Positions 35,477-45,852 of a stretch of DNA of 64,000 bases are shown piece by piece. A program made the translations under genes and the position numbers. Within the stretch, counting starts at the first letter, position 1. Every line of letters begins with the position of its first letter. Origin of the DNA: an uncultured Gammaproteobacteria bacterium (GTDB taxonomy: Bacteria; Patescibacteriota; Patescibacteriia; UBA9934); the NCBI GenBank assembly GCA_964582615.1, contig CAZORP010000004.1, forward strand, positions 1,900 through 65,899. The letters run 5' to 3'. The notes beneath the pieces were generated by a model. The model was not told the DNA's origin. It did not search any database and worked only from the letters and a program-made list of their open reading frames with translations.

Positions 35477-38189
35477 GGGGAGTTTTGCAGATATCCACCC
35501 GTTCTTTCGCCCAAAGAGCATCGGGAACAAGATTATGTGAATCTCTTTCAACGAGAAAATGGTCGCTGTAACTTATCGCGGAGGATATTCCAAGGTTCGT
35601 GAAAACTCTTCGTTCGTTGATGAAGAGCGAGAAAACTGCATCCTCGGAAATTCTCAGAGGAGTATCGTTCCAAGTAACTGCAAAGCTCGCAAGGGCTCCG
35701 TCTTCGTTTAGTTGTTCTGCAAAGAGCTTTACGATAACTTCAGGGTGAAGGGGGTTGTCAAATTTGTCTTCATATTCTTGGCGAGCTCGTTCGAGAATGG
35801 GAATCCAAAAAGAAGGTGTAAGAGTTTGCACGGCTTTATTGAGAGTTACGGTGAGCGTGACCTTTTCAAGGTATACCGAACGATCAACATGGAGAATCTT
35901 TTCCCCCTCTTGGTACTCTCGACGCTGGTCGGTAAGGTGTCCGTGGTATACAAAGCCTGAAAATGTCATATCAAGCCCATCAACAATCTGTGCATCATAG
36001 GGTTTGGCAAGAAGTGCGTCTTTGGCGATTTCCTGCACGCTCCGTTCTCCTGCGCGAAGTGTTACCATAAGTACAGCATCTGCTGGACTCTGAGTATTCT
36101 GTTGGTGTTTTGGTTGTGATTCTTGAGATTCTTGAGATTCTTGAGATTCTTCGGAATCCTTAGAAAATGTTTGATGAGCGCTTTCGCACAACTCATCATA
36201 AAAAGGTAGAAGGATATCTTCGTTTTGTGTAGCAATATTAAGAATTCCTCCCATGAGAACTCCACTAAAGAGGTAGGGGTGTTGTCGGATGAGGGAGAGG
36301 ACTTGTGTAATGCGCGCTGAGGTGTTCGAGTATTTTCCCGTGTCAAACCTTCCGTCTTGAGGAGATCGGATTAATTCTTGTCTAGCGATGATTTCTACGG
36401 CGCTGGATAGACTTGGTGTATCCGGAAGATTTTTAAGACTCGGATTGCTATGTGTAGCGGTGAAGAAATTCATTGCCGCTGGCCAACTTGGTATGCGTTT
36501 GACATTAGGCGTGAATGCATTGGGTGCTAATAAAAAATCCTCAGCAACTAGATTCTCAAGGTTACAGTCTCGAGAGCCTTTATGTGCCCTTGAGAAGATG
36601 ATTTTGTGATGAGGGTCGGGTTTCCATGGAGAAATTTGCGTTCCATCAACGACGTAATATAAGGGCTTTTCTTTATATCTGGTAACTCGAGCTATATTGC
36701 GTATATGACCAACGGTGCTTAATAAAGCTCCGGGATGGATGCTTTTCTCTTGAAAGAGAAAGATCCTCGGCTTTTCTAGCTGGGTGGGGTTAATTGGGGA
36801 CTCGTCAATGCTTGTGAGAGAGGATTTTTCCAGGATAAGCGTGAAGATGTAAGGAAGGCTATCGAGCTCTTGAAGGCGCTTAAAGATAACCACAATCGCC
36901 TCTGCCTTCGCTGAGCAATTTCCAAGAAAAGGAGGTGTCGCAAGGGACTCCCATTCATAAAACCGCTCAGGTGTTTTTTGATAACTCACTTTCCGAAGTT
37001 GCGTCAGAAGCTCCTGGTAGAGGGGGTATTTTTCAGCGGCAAGCGACTCTGAATAGTAGCCACGTTCTTTGTGAAAGATATCTAAAAAAACTTGAAGGAC
37101 ATTTTTTGGGTCTTGTTCATGGCGTGCCGTTTCGGATACTCGTTCAATCCAACCCGAGAAAGTTACTTGAATATAGTCGCTTGCTAATTGTTCTTTCAGT
37201 GAAATTTTACGGTCGAATGAGCTTGAAGGGGGAATTCCAATCCGTTGATGGGGTTTAATAGATTCAGGGAACTCGGGAGAGTTTCCGTATACAAAATAGA
37301 TAAGGGGTGAGTGTGCAACAGTGCTCCTTTTGAAATAATTCAAAAAATAAAGAGATTTTTTTAAAACTTCGTGCACGCGGTCGGGTTTTTGATCGCTGGG
37401 GGTGCTTTGAAGCTCTTGTATGATTGATCGTTCTAGACGGAGAAGTATTGAGAACATCATTGCGTTGAGCGGTTTATATGACAGTTGCATCTCGCTGAGG
37501 ATATAGATACATGTGTTCGCGAGTTCATGCTCGGGGTCAACTCCCCAGAGACCTTCTCTCAGGAAGTTACTCAAGGATTGTAGGAATTCCACACTTTCCT
37601 CTTCCTCCTCTTCGTTGAAGTGGGTATTTAGGTCAGTAATTTTAGACGCAAAGATTTCTTCACTACTCAAGATTCCTATGCGTTCTGAGGAGAAAAGTTC
37701 TTGAAAAACCTTTCTCATTTCCAGAAAACATTCAAGAATGTGTTTCGGTTGTTGGTGTTTTTGAAAAAACTCCTCAAGAGCGATGAGTTTCTTTAAAAAC
37801 AAAATAAACTCATTTTTACCAACTTCCGTTGACGGAAGTAGATGATAGCCTTTTCCCGTTACTTGCTCAGTAGCAGGATGTGATAGTGAGAGATAGTTGA
37901 TCATTTGCTCAATGTCTTCACGCTTTTCGCGAATTCCCTCGAGTAATCTTTCAAAAATCCTACGTCCACGAACATCAGGAATAACGTCATCGGGTGATGA
38001 TGGTTTTTCTCGAAAAAGCTTTGGTGCGTGGGGGAGAGTAGGGGCTTCGTGCTCCTTGGTAAGACGAGGTTCTTGCGTGGGTGATATTGGAGATCCCGAG
38101 ACGATGGCGGAAGGTTCGTGGGGAAGTAGTGGGCCTTCGTTGGCGGCATTCGGTGTTGGCTCCCGACGTTCCCATGCGTTTGGCTTCAT
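35400..38189 (-). CDS. Large hypothetical protein (929 aa)
   Basis: Long uninterrupted ORF; no recognisable family; 3' end overlaps the LCP gene. Confidence 0.7.
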   Translation of the reverse strand: MKPNAWERREPTPNAANEGPLLPHEPSAIVSGSPISPTQEPRLTKEHEAPTLPHAPKLFREKPSSPDDVIPDVRGRRIFERLLEGIREKREDIEQMINYLSLSHPATEQVTGKGYHLLPSTEVGKNEFILFLKKLIALEEFFQKHQQPKHILECFLEMRKVFQELFSSERIGILSSEEIFASKITDLNTHFNEEEEEESVEFLQSLSNFLREGLWGVDPEHELANTCIYILSEMQLSYKPLNAMMFSILLRLERSIIQELQSTPSDQKPDRVHEVLKKSLYFLNYFKRSTVAHSPLIYFVYGNSPEFPESIKPHQRIGIPPSSSFDRKISLKEQLASDYIQVTFSGWIERVSETARHEQDPKNVLQVFLDIFHKERGYYSESLAAEKYPLYQELLTQLRKVSYQKTPERFYEWESLATPPFLGNCSAKAEAIVVIFKRLQELDSLPYIFTLILEKSSLTSIDESPINPTQLEKPRIFLFQEKSIHPGALLSTVGHIRNIARVTRYKEKPLYYVVDGTQISPWKPDPHHKIIFSRAHKGSRDCNLENLVAEDFLLAPNAFTPNVKRIPSWPAAMNFFTATHSNPSLKNLPDTPSLSSAVEIIARQELIRSPQDGRFDTGKYSNTSARITQVLSLIRQHPYLFSGVLMGGILNIATQNEDILLPFYDELCESAHQTFSKDSEESQESQESQESQPKHQQNTQSPADAVLMVTLRAGERSVQEIAKDALLAKPYDAQIVDGLDMTFSGFVYHGHLTDQRREYQEGEKILHVDRSVYLEKVTLTVTLNKAVQTLTPSFWIPILERARQEYEDKFDNPLHPEVIVKLFAEQLNEDGALASFAVTWNDTPLRISEDAVFSLFINERRVFTNLGISSAISYSDHFLVERDSHNLVPDALWAKERVDICKTPPTPLPSAWALPESAPWIAPLCLPRE
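36118..36152. repeat. 9-bp coding tandem repeat (ESQ)n
   Basis: GATTCTTGA repeated about 3.5-4 times, encoding ESQESQESQESQ. Confidence 0.8.
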
Positions 38190-38209
38190 AGATTGTGAAA
38201 GTATAATAC

Positions 38210-38240
38210 AAAAACACTCTCACGAAGGAGAGTGTTTTTT
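38210..38240 (-). terminator. rpmB terminator
   Basis: AAAAACACTCTC-acgaag-GAGAGTGTTTTT. Confidence 0.8.
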
Positions 38241-38241
38241 C

Positions 38242-38475
38242 TTACTTCACAAGGAAGTTGCGAAGATCGATCTTCTTGCCTTCCGCAAGCCACTTGTTGA
38301 GGGTGCGAATGGCACGACCGGTTACCATGAGCGTCATGGAAGTTCCCGTTGCAGGATTTGTAAGAGTTTTCTTCTGCAAATTGGGCATTTGGCGACGCTT
38401 GGTTTTGCGGTTGGAGTGGGAAACGTTGTTTCCTACCAATGGGCGCTTTCCTGTAATTGCGCAAACTTGAGCCAT
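38242..38475 (-). CDS. rpmB: 50S ribosomal protein L28
   Basis: [34 protein letters not shown]. Confidence 0.96.
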   Translation of the reverse strand: MAQVCAITGKRPLVGNNVSHSNRKTKRRQMPNLQKKTLTNPATGTSMTLMVTGRAIRTLNKWLAEGKKIDLRNFLVK

Positions 38476-38569
38476 AAAAGAAAAATAAGAACGGGAGAAG
38501 TGTACACGAGGGGGCATTTTTTTGCAAGGGGGATGGAGAAAAACGAATATCTGTGTATACTGGCGCAGT

Positions 38570-39253
38570 ATGAAACTCACCCCATCGCAACAAAGACTGC
38601 TTGTGCATTTGCAAAAACGTAAAGAACGGGAGCGATTGCAAATGTGCATTATTGAAGGCGAGAAATTCGTTCGCGATGCTCGTGATTTTGTTGAATTTAC
38701 CTTTACCGAGCGCGATACCCCCGTTTTTCGCGAAGTTATTTCCACCGATAGCCCTCAGCGCATTGCCGCAGTTGCTCGTGTTCCTGCATGGAAGCCTGAA
38801 GAGGTTTTTCGCGCTAGAACGGTACTCATCCTTGATGGCGTTCAAGATCCGGGAAATGTGGGGACGCTTTTCCGTCTTGCCCTTGCATTTGATGCGGCAC
38901 TTGTACTTGTTGAGTCCGCTGAGGTAACCAATCCAAAAACCGTTCGTGCATCTGCTGGTGCGGTATTCTCGGTTCCATGGATGAGCGTTGATAGGGATGA
39001 CGTTGAGGGATTGGTGACTGAGGTCGGTTGGCCTGTGTATCGTTTGGAGTTGCGTTCAGGTGCATGCGCTCCTCGTGACTTGCCAGATGCTCCTCTTATG
39101 CTTCTTGTGGGAAATGAGGGTCAGGGTATTCGCTTGCGACTTGGTCAGCACGCAGTTGCTATTGCGCATAATCCGCAACTAGAGTCTCTAAATGTTGCCG
39201 TTGCTACGGGAATCATTCTTTATGAGCGAGGATCGGGTGAATATGAGCGATAA
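38570..39253 (+). CDS. TrmH/SpoU family RNA methyltransferase
   Basis: [27 protein letters not shown]. Confidence 0.92.
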   Translation: MKLTPSQQRLLVHLQKRKERERLQMCIIEGEKFVRDARDFVEFTFTERDTPVFREVISTDSPQRIAAVARVPAWKPEEVFRARTVLILDGVQDPGNVGTLFRLALAFDAALVLVESAEVTNPKTVRASAGAVFSVPWMSVDRDDVEGLVTEVGWPVYRLELRSGACAPRDLPDAPLMLLVGNEGQGIRLRLGQHAVAIAHNPQLESLNVAVATGIILYERGSGEYER

Positions 39254-40031
39254 AAAGATTATTCAGTTTCCTGGATCTCGAAAACCACCAACGAGAGAAG
39301 CTGGCGGCGGGGAACTTGTTCGCATGCCTTCTCCGGGTGACGTTGCTGATCGCTTTGCGGCGCAGGGGGATCGAAGTAATGATTTTTTCTCACTTCGTTA
39401 TCTTGAGCTTCTTGCCTGGATAGCGCAATCTGATATTCATTCCGAGGTGTTTGATAGGCATAACCCTCAACACGTCGCGGAATACGGGGCACATTCACCG
39501 CAACAGCGAAGGGAGCTTTTTTTCTCGGCTTCAAGGGAAGATGTGGTGAAAAATCCCGCCTTCTATGCTTTTCTTGTAGACGATGTTTTGAAAATGGAGC
39601 CCGACGCTCTAAACCCAGCTCCGGTACAAAGTTTGAGTCGGGATGATGCTCGTCCCGCAGCAGCACCTAATCCGCCTTACGACCTGTCGGGGTTAACACG
39701 AGTGGTGTTGCCGACGATTCTTACTATAGAACCAGAGCAGTCCGGGCGCGCGCCGCACAGAAGAGAGAATGGGGAATTTCGCGCGGCTCAGCGCGAAAAG
39801 TTTGGGATTGCGCATACAAAAGCTGAATGGGTCTTTTATGCTACAAATGCAATTCTTGCGGGTGTTGAGGTGCTTCCTTCGACAGAGAAAGAAATGCGTC
39901 GTCGTGTTAATCTTTTGTCCGATGATGAGTGCCGTGCAAGCTTCTTGAGTGAAATTTCTGCATTAGAACTTGATGCAAATCCGGTGTTTTGGAATATTCT
40001 TGCTCAGCGAGTTTTAAACTCTGAATCGTAG
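39243..40031 (+). CDS. Hypothetical protein
   Basis: ORF between the TrmH gene and tgt; no family recognised. Confidence 0.7.
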   Translation: MSDKKIIQFPGSRKPPTREAGGGELVRMPSPGDVADRFAAQGDRSNDFFSLRYLELLAWIAQSDIHSEVFDRHNPQHVAEYGAHSPQQRRELFFSASREDVVKNPAFYAFLVDDVLKMEPDALNPAPVQSLSRDDARPAAAPNPPYDLSGLTRVVLPTILTIEPEQSGRAPHRRENGEFRAAQREKFGIAHTKAEWVFYATNAILAGVEVLPSTEKEMRRRVNLLSDDECRASFLSEISALELDANPVFWNILAQRVLNSES

Positions 40032-40038
40032 GCTTTTT

Positions 40039-41208
40039 ATGTTCCATGTTCATACAGCAAAGGGAAGTGCTCGACGCGCAACGCTCACCACGCCATCGGG
40101 CGAAGTTCAAACTCCAGTTTTCATGCCCATTGCAACGGTTGGCGCCATTAAAACGCTCTTTGCTGATGAGGTTGCAACACTTGGGGCTTCAATTATTCTT
40201 GGCAATACCTACCACTTACTTCTTCGTCCTGGGCAAGATCTTCTTGAAGAAGTCGGTGGCATAAAACCGCTCATGGGATGGCACGGACCCATGCTTACCG
40301 ATAGTGGGGGGTATCAGGTGTTTAGCTTGGCCCAACTTACAAAGACTACCGAAGAGGGGGTTACCTTTCAGTCGCATCTTGATGGATCACCAATCTCCTT
40401 GACTCCAGAAAATTCACTCGCTATGCAGGCGGCAATAGGCTCTGATATCCGCATGCAGTTTGACGACGTTGCCGCGGGAACTTCTCGGCGAGATCGATAC
40501 GAAGAAGCCATGGAGCGTTCGCTACGATGGGCGAAGCGTTCGAAAGAATCTTTTGTCGCAACGCTCGCGAAGCAGGGATTGTCACTTGAGAGCGCCCAAC
40601 GTCCGCAAATGTTTGGCATTGTGCAGGGTGGAACGCACGAAGACTTGCGCCACCGCTCGGCTATGGGGCTTCGTGAGCTTGGGTGTGATGGTTATGCTAT
40701 TGGGGGGCTTTCCGTGGGGGAGTCTCGCGACGACGCTTTTCGTATTGCACGAAGAACGGTGTTTGATCTTCCTGAAGATAAGCCAAGATATTTTATGGGC
40801 GGAGGAATGCCCGAAGAAATCGTGTACTACGTTTCTGTGGGTATCGATATGTTTGACTGCGTGCTTCCCACAAGAAACGCTCGCCATGGACAAGTATTTC
40901 TCTGGAAGGGTGAGCCTCGTGCGTGCGTGCGAGAGGCATTTGCGCGCGCTTGTGAGGGGGCGTCTGATGACCGTATCCGCGAGGCTCTTTATGAAAAGGC
41001 TCATGTTACCAATGAGCGTTTTGCGCGAGACATGTCGCCTCTTGATGCGTATAGCGACTGCACAGCTTCGCTCATGACTTCAAAGGCTTATCTTCGTCAT
41101 CTTTTTAGAACAGGGGAAGTCCTTGGACTTCGTATCGCAACAATGCAAAATCTCCGATTCTATCTCCGTCTCATGGAAGAGTTGCGCGCACTCATTGAAG
41201 AGAAGTAG
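40039..41208 (+). CDS. tgt: tRNA-guanine transglycosylase
   Basis: TPVFMP, NTYHL, TDSGGYQVFSL, GIVQGG, GGLSVGE, DMFDCVLPTRNAR. Confidence 0.95.
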   Translation: MFHVHTAKGSARRATLTTPSGEVQTPVFMPIATVGAIKTLFADEVATLGASIILGNTYHLLLRPGQDLLEEVGGIKPLMGWHGPMLTDSGGYQVFSLAQLTKTTEEGVTFQSHLDGSPISLTPENSLAMQAAIGSDIRMQFDDVAAGTSRRDRYEEAMERSLRWAKRSKESFVATLAKQGLSLESAQRPQMFGIVQGGTHEDLRHRSAMGLRELGCDGYAIGGLSVGESRDDAFRIARRTVFDLPEDKPRYFMGGGMPEEIVYYVSVGIDMFDCVLPTRNARHGQVFLWKGEPRACVREAFARACEGASDDRIREALYEKAHVTNERFARDMSPLDAYSDCTASLMTSKAYLRHLFRTGEVLGLRIATMQNLRFYLRLMEELRALIEEK

Positions 41209-41225
41209 TGCTATACTGGTGCCAT

Positions 41226-41591
41226 ATGGCTATGGGGGAGCTCTCGCTTGCAATCATCACGCTTATTGCGCGTGATGTGGTTGCATTTCCGGTTTGGTGG
41301 TACACGCAAGGTTTTGTTTTATGGAGTGATGTAGTGTGGCGAGAAATTCGTCACGCTGGTGTTGTGCTTGATGTGGGTATTTGGTTGAGGAATCTTTTTG
41401 TTCCCATGTACGGCGTGCGTGATATTGCAGGAAGAGTCATGAGTTTTGTTATGCGTCTCATGCAGATTATTGCAAGATCACTTGCGTATGGCGTTGTGCT
41501 CATGATTGGCGCTGGGGCGCTTCTTGTCTACCTCCTTCTTCCAATTGCGCTTCTTGGTGGCGTGGGCGTTATTGTTCAATTCATGCTATGA
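41226..41591 (+). CDS. Small membrane protein coupled to the Clp ATPase gene
   Basis: FPVWWY and WLRNLFVPMYG; overlaps the start of the next gene. Confidence 0.75.
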   Translation: MAMGELSLAIITLIARDVVAFPVWWYTQGFVLWSDVVWREIRHAGVVLDVGIWLRNLFVPMYGVRDIAGRVMSFVMRLMQIIARSLAYGVVLMIGAGALLVYLLLPIALLGGVGVIVQFML

Positions 41592-44206
41592 GTTCCACGC
41601 CTCCACTTTCACGTCCGGTGTTCATGATTGGATCGCATGGATATCATGCCGATCTTTCATTTTCTCAAAACGCCATTGCAAACCAGCGACTTCAAGCAAA
41701 AGCGCGAGCCATTCTTGCACAGCTTGCATTTGGTTTTGCCGCTTTTTTGGCAGTTGGATCTTTTGCTACACTCGTGCTAACAAAAGCAAGATTTGGTGCT
41801 GAAGATGCGCTTCTGCCTTCGCTTCTTGGACTTTGTTGTTCTGGAGTGGTGTGGTGCTATGCCGCGTACCGTCGCGTTGTTCGTGAGGATGTTGTTCGTG
41901 CATTTGTATATCCTCGAGATATTCGCACTCCCGAGCGAACCATGGGTATCGCATCCTCTGCGTTTACTCCGCTTTGGAATGTGACTTCACATGAAGCTCG
42001 TGATGTTTTATATGACGCCTACCTTCTTGCATGTCGTATGCGCGTTGGAAATATCTCTGTACTTCATGTTTTTGGCATTTCATGTGGATCGTTTGATGTC
42101 CGCATGCTTTTTGCTCGACTGGGAATTTCCTTTGAAACTCTTCAGGATGCATTGCGCCATGCTCTTCAGGAACTTCCTCAGGGTGATATTGCACAGTCGA
42201 ATCACGCTGAGATATGTGAAGTCTTTTGTGATGCAGGCATTCGGGCATGGAATGCGCATAGGCCGTCCATTACACCTCTGGATCTTTTCGCATCCGCACT
42301 TGCGCGATCTTCTCGACTACAGGAGATCTTACTTGATAAGGGCATTACACAAGACTTGGTAAACGCGGGAATTTCTTGGATGGAAACGCAGGCATACTTG
42401 CGACACCGATATGAGGAGCTTCGCAGGGCTTCTGCGCTTCGTCCTGAAAATGCCATGAATCGTGCAATGACTGCTCGAGCAACGCCGCTTCTTGACGCGG
42501 TATGTGAAGATCTTACGCGTCAGGCCGCTTGGGGAGGTCTTGGTATTGCCCTTGAGCGTGACGAAGTATTTGAAAGAATGTTTCGCGCTATTTCGTCAGG
42601 CTCTCGAGCAATTGTTCTTGTGGGGGAGACGGGAGTTGGAAAGATGACGATTCTTGAGGAGCTTGCCGTGCGCATGGTTGAAGATCGGGTTCCTCAAGAG
42701 TTGCAAGATAAGCGTTTGCTGGTTCTTGATATCGTGCGTCTTCTTAGCATTGATGGCGGAGCGCGGTCGAGTGAGCTTTTGTTAAAAATTCTTGAAGAAG
42801 CCGCGGCTTCGGGGAATGTTATTCTCATCATTGAGCGCATTGAAGAATTGCATCGCGGTTCTCGTGATGGCGCTGTAGATCTTCAGGCATTGGTTGCGTC
42901 GGAGATCGATCGTGGATCCCTTTGGCTATTTGGCACCCTCACACCAAAAGCATACAAGGAGTCGTATGAACAATCTGCTCTCGCCGCAAAAACTGCGGTT
43001 ATTTCTCTTGAAGAGCCTTCACTTGCTCAGGCGACTCGAATGATACAGGCAAGATCGCACGGTGTTGAATACGACACGGGAACCATGGCGACGGTTAAAA
43101 CCATTTTACGCTGTGCTGAATTTGGAAAAAAATTCTTTTCTGAGCGTGCTCTTCCGGAGAGTGGACTTCTCCTTCTTAAGGAGGCCGCGCTTCTTGCTAA
43201 GCAACGAGGTACTCATCCTGCATGGATAACGGAAGACGATGTTGCACGCGTCGTTGAGGAAAAGACTCACGTTCCCGTTGCTGCACTTACCAAGGATACT
43301 AACAACCTTCTCCTTCATCTTGAAGATGCTTTGCATGAAAGAGTCATCGGACAAGAAGAAGCTGTCCGTGCGATTTCATCAGCGCTCAGAAGAGCAAGAA
43401 CGACGATGCGTTCTCAGAATCGGCCTATTGCAAACTTCCTATTTCTCGGTCCTACAGGTGTTGGAAAGACTGAGCTCGCAAAAGCAACTGCCGCACTTTT
43501 CTTTTCTCACGAAAAAGCTTTTCTTCGTTTTGATATGTCGGAGTATCAAAATAAAGAGTCGCTTGCTCGACTTATTGGTGCTACGGGATCCGAGGGAATC
43601 CTTACGGAGTCTTTGAGAAAGATGCCGTACGCTTTGGTGTTATTTGATGAACTTGAAAAAGCGCATCCCGACATTCTCAATGTCTTCCTTCAGATTATGG
43701 ACGATGGAAGAATTACTGATGGAACGGGGAGAACGGTTGATTGTACAAATGCAATTCTCATTGCGACATCAAACGCTGGAGCGCAATACATCCAAGATGC
43801 CATTGGACAGCATCTTGATCCTTCGGTGATGAAGGAGCAGCTTATGGAGCGTGAGTTGCGAGCGGTCTATCGTCCTGAATTTTTGAACCGCTTTGACGAC
43901 ATTGTGGTATTTCGACCACTTACCAAAGATGACGTTGTTGCTATCGCATACCTCTCGCTTCGTTCACTTGCTAAACGTCTGGAGGCCCGATATGTAAATT
44001 TAGAGACTACCGATGAGGGGGTCCATGTTTTGGCGGAGCGCGGATATCACCCTCAGTTTGGCGCGCGCCCACTTCGTCGCGTGCTTCAGGATACCCTTGA
44101 AAATGCACTTGCTGACATGTTCCTTCGGGGAGAATTACAGGCTCGAGATGCGGTTGTTCTAGAAAAAGATGGAACATTGCGCATTAAAAAAGCTTCCGCG
44201 CTTTAG
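41588..44206 (+). CDS. ClpA/ClpB-family AAA+ ATPase with N-terminal TM helices
   Basis: Two TM helices, Clp-N-like region, AAA1 GETGVGK, AAA2 GPTGVGKT, FDELEKAH, RPEFLNR, GARPLRR. Confidence 0.88.
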   Translation: MSSTPPLSRPVFMIGSHGYHADLSFSQNAIANQRLQAKARAILAQLAFGFAAFLAVGSFATLVLTKARFGAEDALLPSLLGLCCSGVVWCYAAYRRVVREDVVRAFVYPRDIRTPERTMGIASSAFTPLWNVTSHEARDVLYDAYLLACRMRVGNISVLHVFGISCGSFDVRMLFARLGISFETLQDALRHALQELPQGDIAQSNHAEICEVFCDAGIRAWNAHRPSITPLDLFASALARSSRLQEILLDKGITQDLVNAGISWMETQAYLRHRYEELRRASALRPENAMNRAMTARATPLLDAVCEDLTRQAAWGGLGIALERDEVFERMFRAISSGSRAIVLVGETGVGKMTILEELAVRMVEDRVPQELQDKRLLVLDIVRLLSIDGGARSSELLLKILEEAAASGNVILIIERIEELHRGSRDGAVDLQALVASEIDRGSLWLFGTLTPKAYKESYEQSALAAKTAVISLEEPSLAQATRMIQARSHGVEYDTGTMATVKTILRCAEFGKKFFSERALPESGLLLLKEAALLAKQRGTHPAWITEDDVARVVEEKTHVPVAALTKDTNNLLLHLEDALHERVIGQEEAVRAISSALRRARTTMRSQNRPIANFLFLGPTGVGKTELAKATAALFFSHEKAFLRFDMSEYQNKESLARLIGATGSEGILTESLRKMPYALVLFDELEKAHPDILNVFLQIMDDGRITDGTGRTVDCTNAILIATSNAGAQYIQDAIGQHLDPSVMKEQLMERELRAVYRPEFLNRFDDIVVFRPLTKDDVVAIAYLSLRSLAKRLEARYVNLETTDEGVHVLAERGYHPQFGARPLRRVLQDTLENALADMFLRGELQARDAVVLEKDGTLRIKKASAL

Positions 44207-44242
44207 CTTGACGGAAGGTGCTAGTTTGCTAACGTTTCCCAT

Positions 44243-45268
44243 ATGTCCGTGTTTTTTCTTGGAGCGGTGAGCGCTATAGTTTCTTTGCTGGCAACCGCGG
44301 GAGTGAGGCATCTGGCTATACGATGCAATGCTCTTGATGTACCTGATCCAAAGAAGGGTAAACTGCATCCAGTAGCAACCCCCCTCTGGGGCGGGGTTGG
44401 GCTTTTGCTAGCGTTTGTTGTACTTGTTGCCGGTATTGAGGGTATAGCGGGATTTTTTACGCAAGGAAATCTTGAGCCCTTGGCATTTTGGAGTTTTCTC
44501 TTTGGAATTTTGGTACTACTCCTTGGGGGCATGTTAGATGATGTGGTCACCCTTCCGCCAAAGTACTCCGTCATATTTCCTTTAGGGTCTGCGACTCTTG
44601 TTGCGCTTGGTGGCATGGGTGTTGCGCATGTCACAAATCCGCTGGGCGGAGTTATTCCTGTTATAGCTTGGATTATCCCCGTAATTACTTTTTGCTGGGT
44701 TCTTTGCACGACATATACAACAAAAATTCTTGATGGCGTAGATGGATTGGTTACGGTACTTGGTCTTGTTGGTTCTGGGCTTATTGGCGCTTTAGCACTC
44801 ATGCCGCAGTGGTATCAGCCTGATATCGCATTGTTGTCATGGATGTTTTTTGGGGCATTGCTTGGATTTTTTGTTTGGAATGCGCCTCCCGCGAAAATTT
44901 TTCTTGGGGAAGGTGGGAGTACAGGTATTGGTTTTACCTTGGGGTGCCTTGCAATTATGGGTGGAAGTAAATTTGCTACACTTCTCCTCATTCTCGGATT
45001 TCCCGCTTTAGACATCGCCTATGTCATGTTTTCTCGAATTCAATCTGGGCAATCGCCGTTTCGTGGAGGGGACGGTCGCCATTTCCACTCGGCTCTTCGT
45101 CGACGCGGCTTTACGTCACTGCAGATTTTGTTTATATACGCTGGTGTAGCGCTTTCCTTCGGTTTACTCACACTCATTCTCTCGCCAAAAGAAAAACTCC
45201 TCGCGCTAGGGGTTCTTTTTCTGGGAACACTTTGGACGCTTGTCACATTCCCGAGAACGCGTGCATAA
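44243..45268 (+). CDS. MraY/WecA family glycosyl-1-phosphate transferase
   Basis: GMLDD, LDGVDGL, PAKIFLGEGG. Confidence 0.9.
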   Translation: MSVFFLGAVSAIVSLLATAGVRHLAIRCNALDVPDPKKGKLHPVATPLWGGVGLLLAFVVLVAGIEGIAGFFTQGNLEPLAFWSFLFGILVLLLGGMLDDVVTLPPKYSVIFPLGSATLVALGGMGVAHVTNPLGGVIPVIAWIIPVITFCWVLCTTYTTKILDGVDGLVTVLGLVGSGLIGALALMPQWYQPDIALLSWMFFGALLGFFVWNAPPAKIFLGEGGSTGIGFTLGCLAIMGGSKFATLLLILGFPALDIAYVMFSRIQSGQSPFRGGDGRHFHSALRRRGFTSLQILFIYAGVALSFGLLTLILSPKEKLLALGVLFLGTLWTLVTFPRTRA

Positions 45269-45278
45269 TGAAGAAACT

Positions 45279-45737
45279 ATGCGCTTCCGTTTTTATACAA
45301 TTTTTGCCCTTGGAGTATTTGGAATACTTGTAGGTCTTGGTTTTATGACTCACGTTCCTCAGCGAGTCATCTCAATAAACGGTCAGGAGATGACGGTACT
45401 TCTCGCGGATCGTGCCTATACTCAGCGCAAGGGACTTGGGGGATATTCCCTTGAAGAACTTGCTCCACGGGACGGTATGCTTTTTACCTTTTCTTCTCAG
45501 GAAGAGCGCTTCTTTTGGATGAAAAACATGGAATTTCCTTTGGATATTGTATGGATTCGCGAGGGAAGAATTGTGGCTATCGATAGGAATATTCAGCCGC
45601 CACTTACCGAACACACCGATCCAGAAAAGGTAACCTCGGCGCCCCTGAGGGTTGATATGGTTCTTGAGGTTCCTGCGGGAACTCTAGAAAAATATGGTAT
45701 TTCCGAGGGAATGACGCTTATACTTCCCAAAAACTAG
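45279..45737 (+). CDS. DUF192 protein
   Basis: GMLFTF, FWMKNMEFPLDIVWI, VLEVPAG. Confidence 0.9.
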   Translation: MRFRFYTIFALGVFGILVGLGFMTHVPQRVISINGQEMTVLLADRAYTQRKGLGGYSLEELAPRDGMLFTFSSQEERFFWMKNMEFPLDIVWIREGRIVAIDRNIQPPLTEHTDPEKVTSAPLRVDMVLEVPAGTLEKYGISEGMTLILPKN

Positions 45738-45747
45738 GACTTTTTTC

Positions 45748-45776
45748 TTGACGAGGGTGTGGGGTTTTGCTAGACT
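45748..45776 (+). promoter_or_regulatory. Sigma70 promoter upstream of rplU
   Basis: TTGACG-17 nt-TAGACT. Confidence 0.65.
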
Positions 45777-45852
45777 ACGTACCGTAAATTCTTAAGGCAT
45801 GGTAAGGGCTTTCAAATGCGATATTCGCTGCCCGATCAGCCAGTTATCTATG

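Noticed and set aside
37897-38845. Long alternative ORFs around rpmB
   Set aside because: They are antisense or alternate-frame shadows of rpmB, the TrmH gene and the 929-aa ORF.
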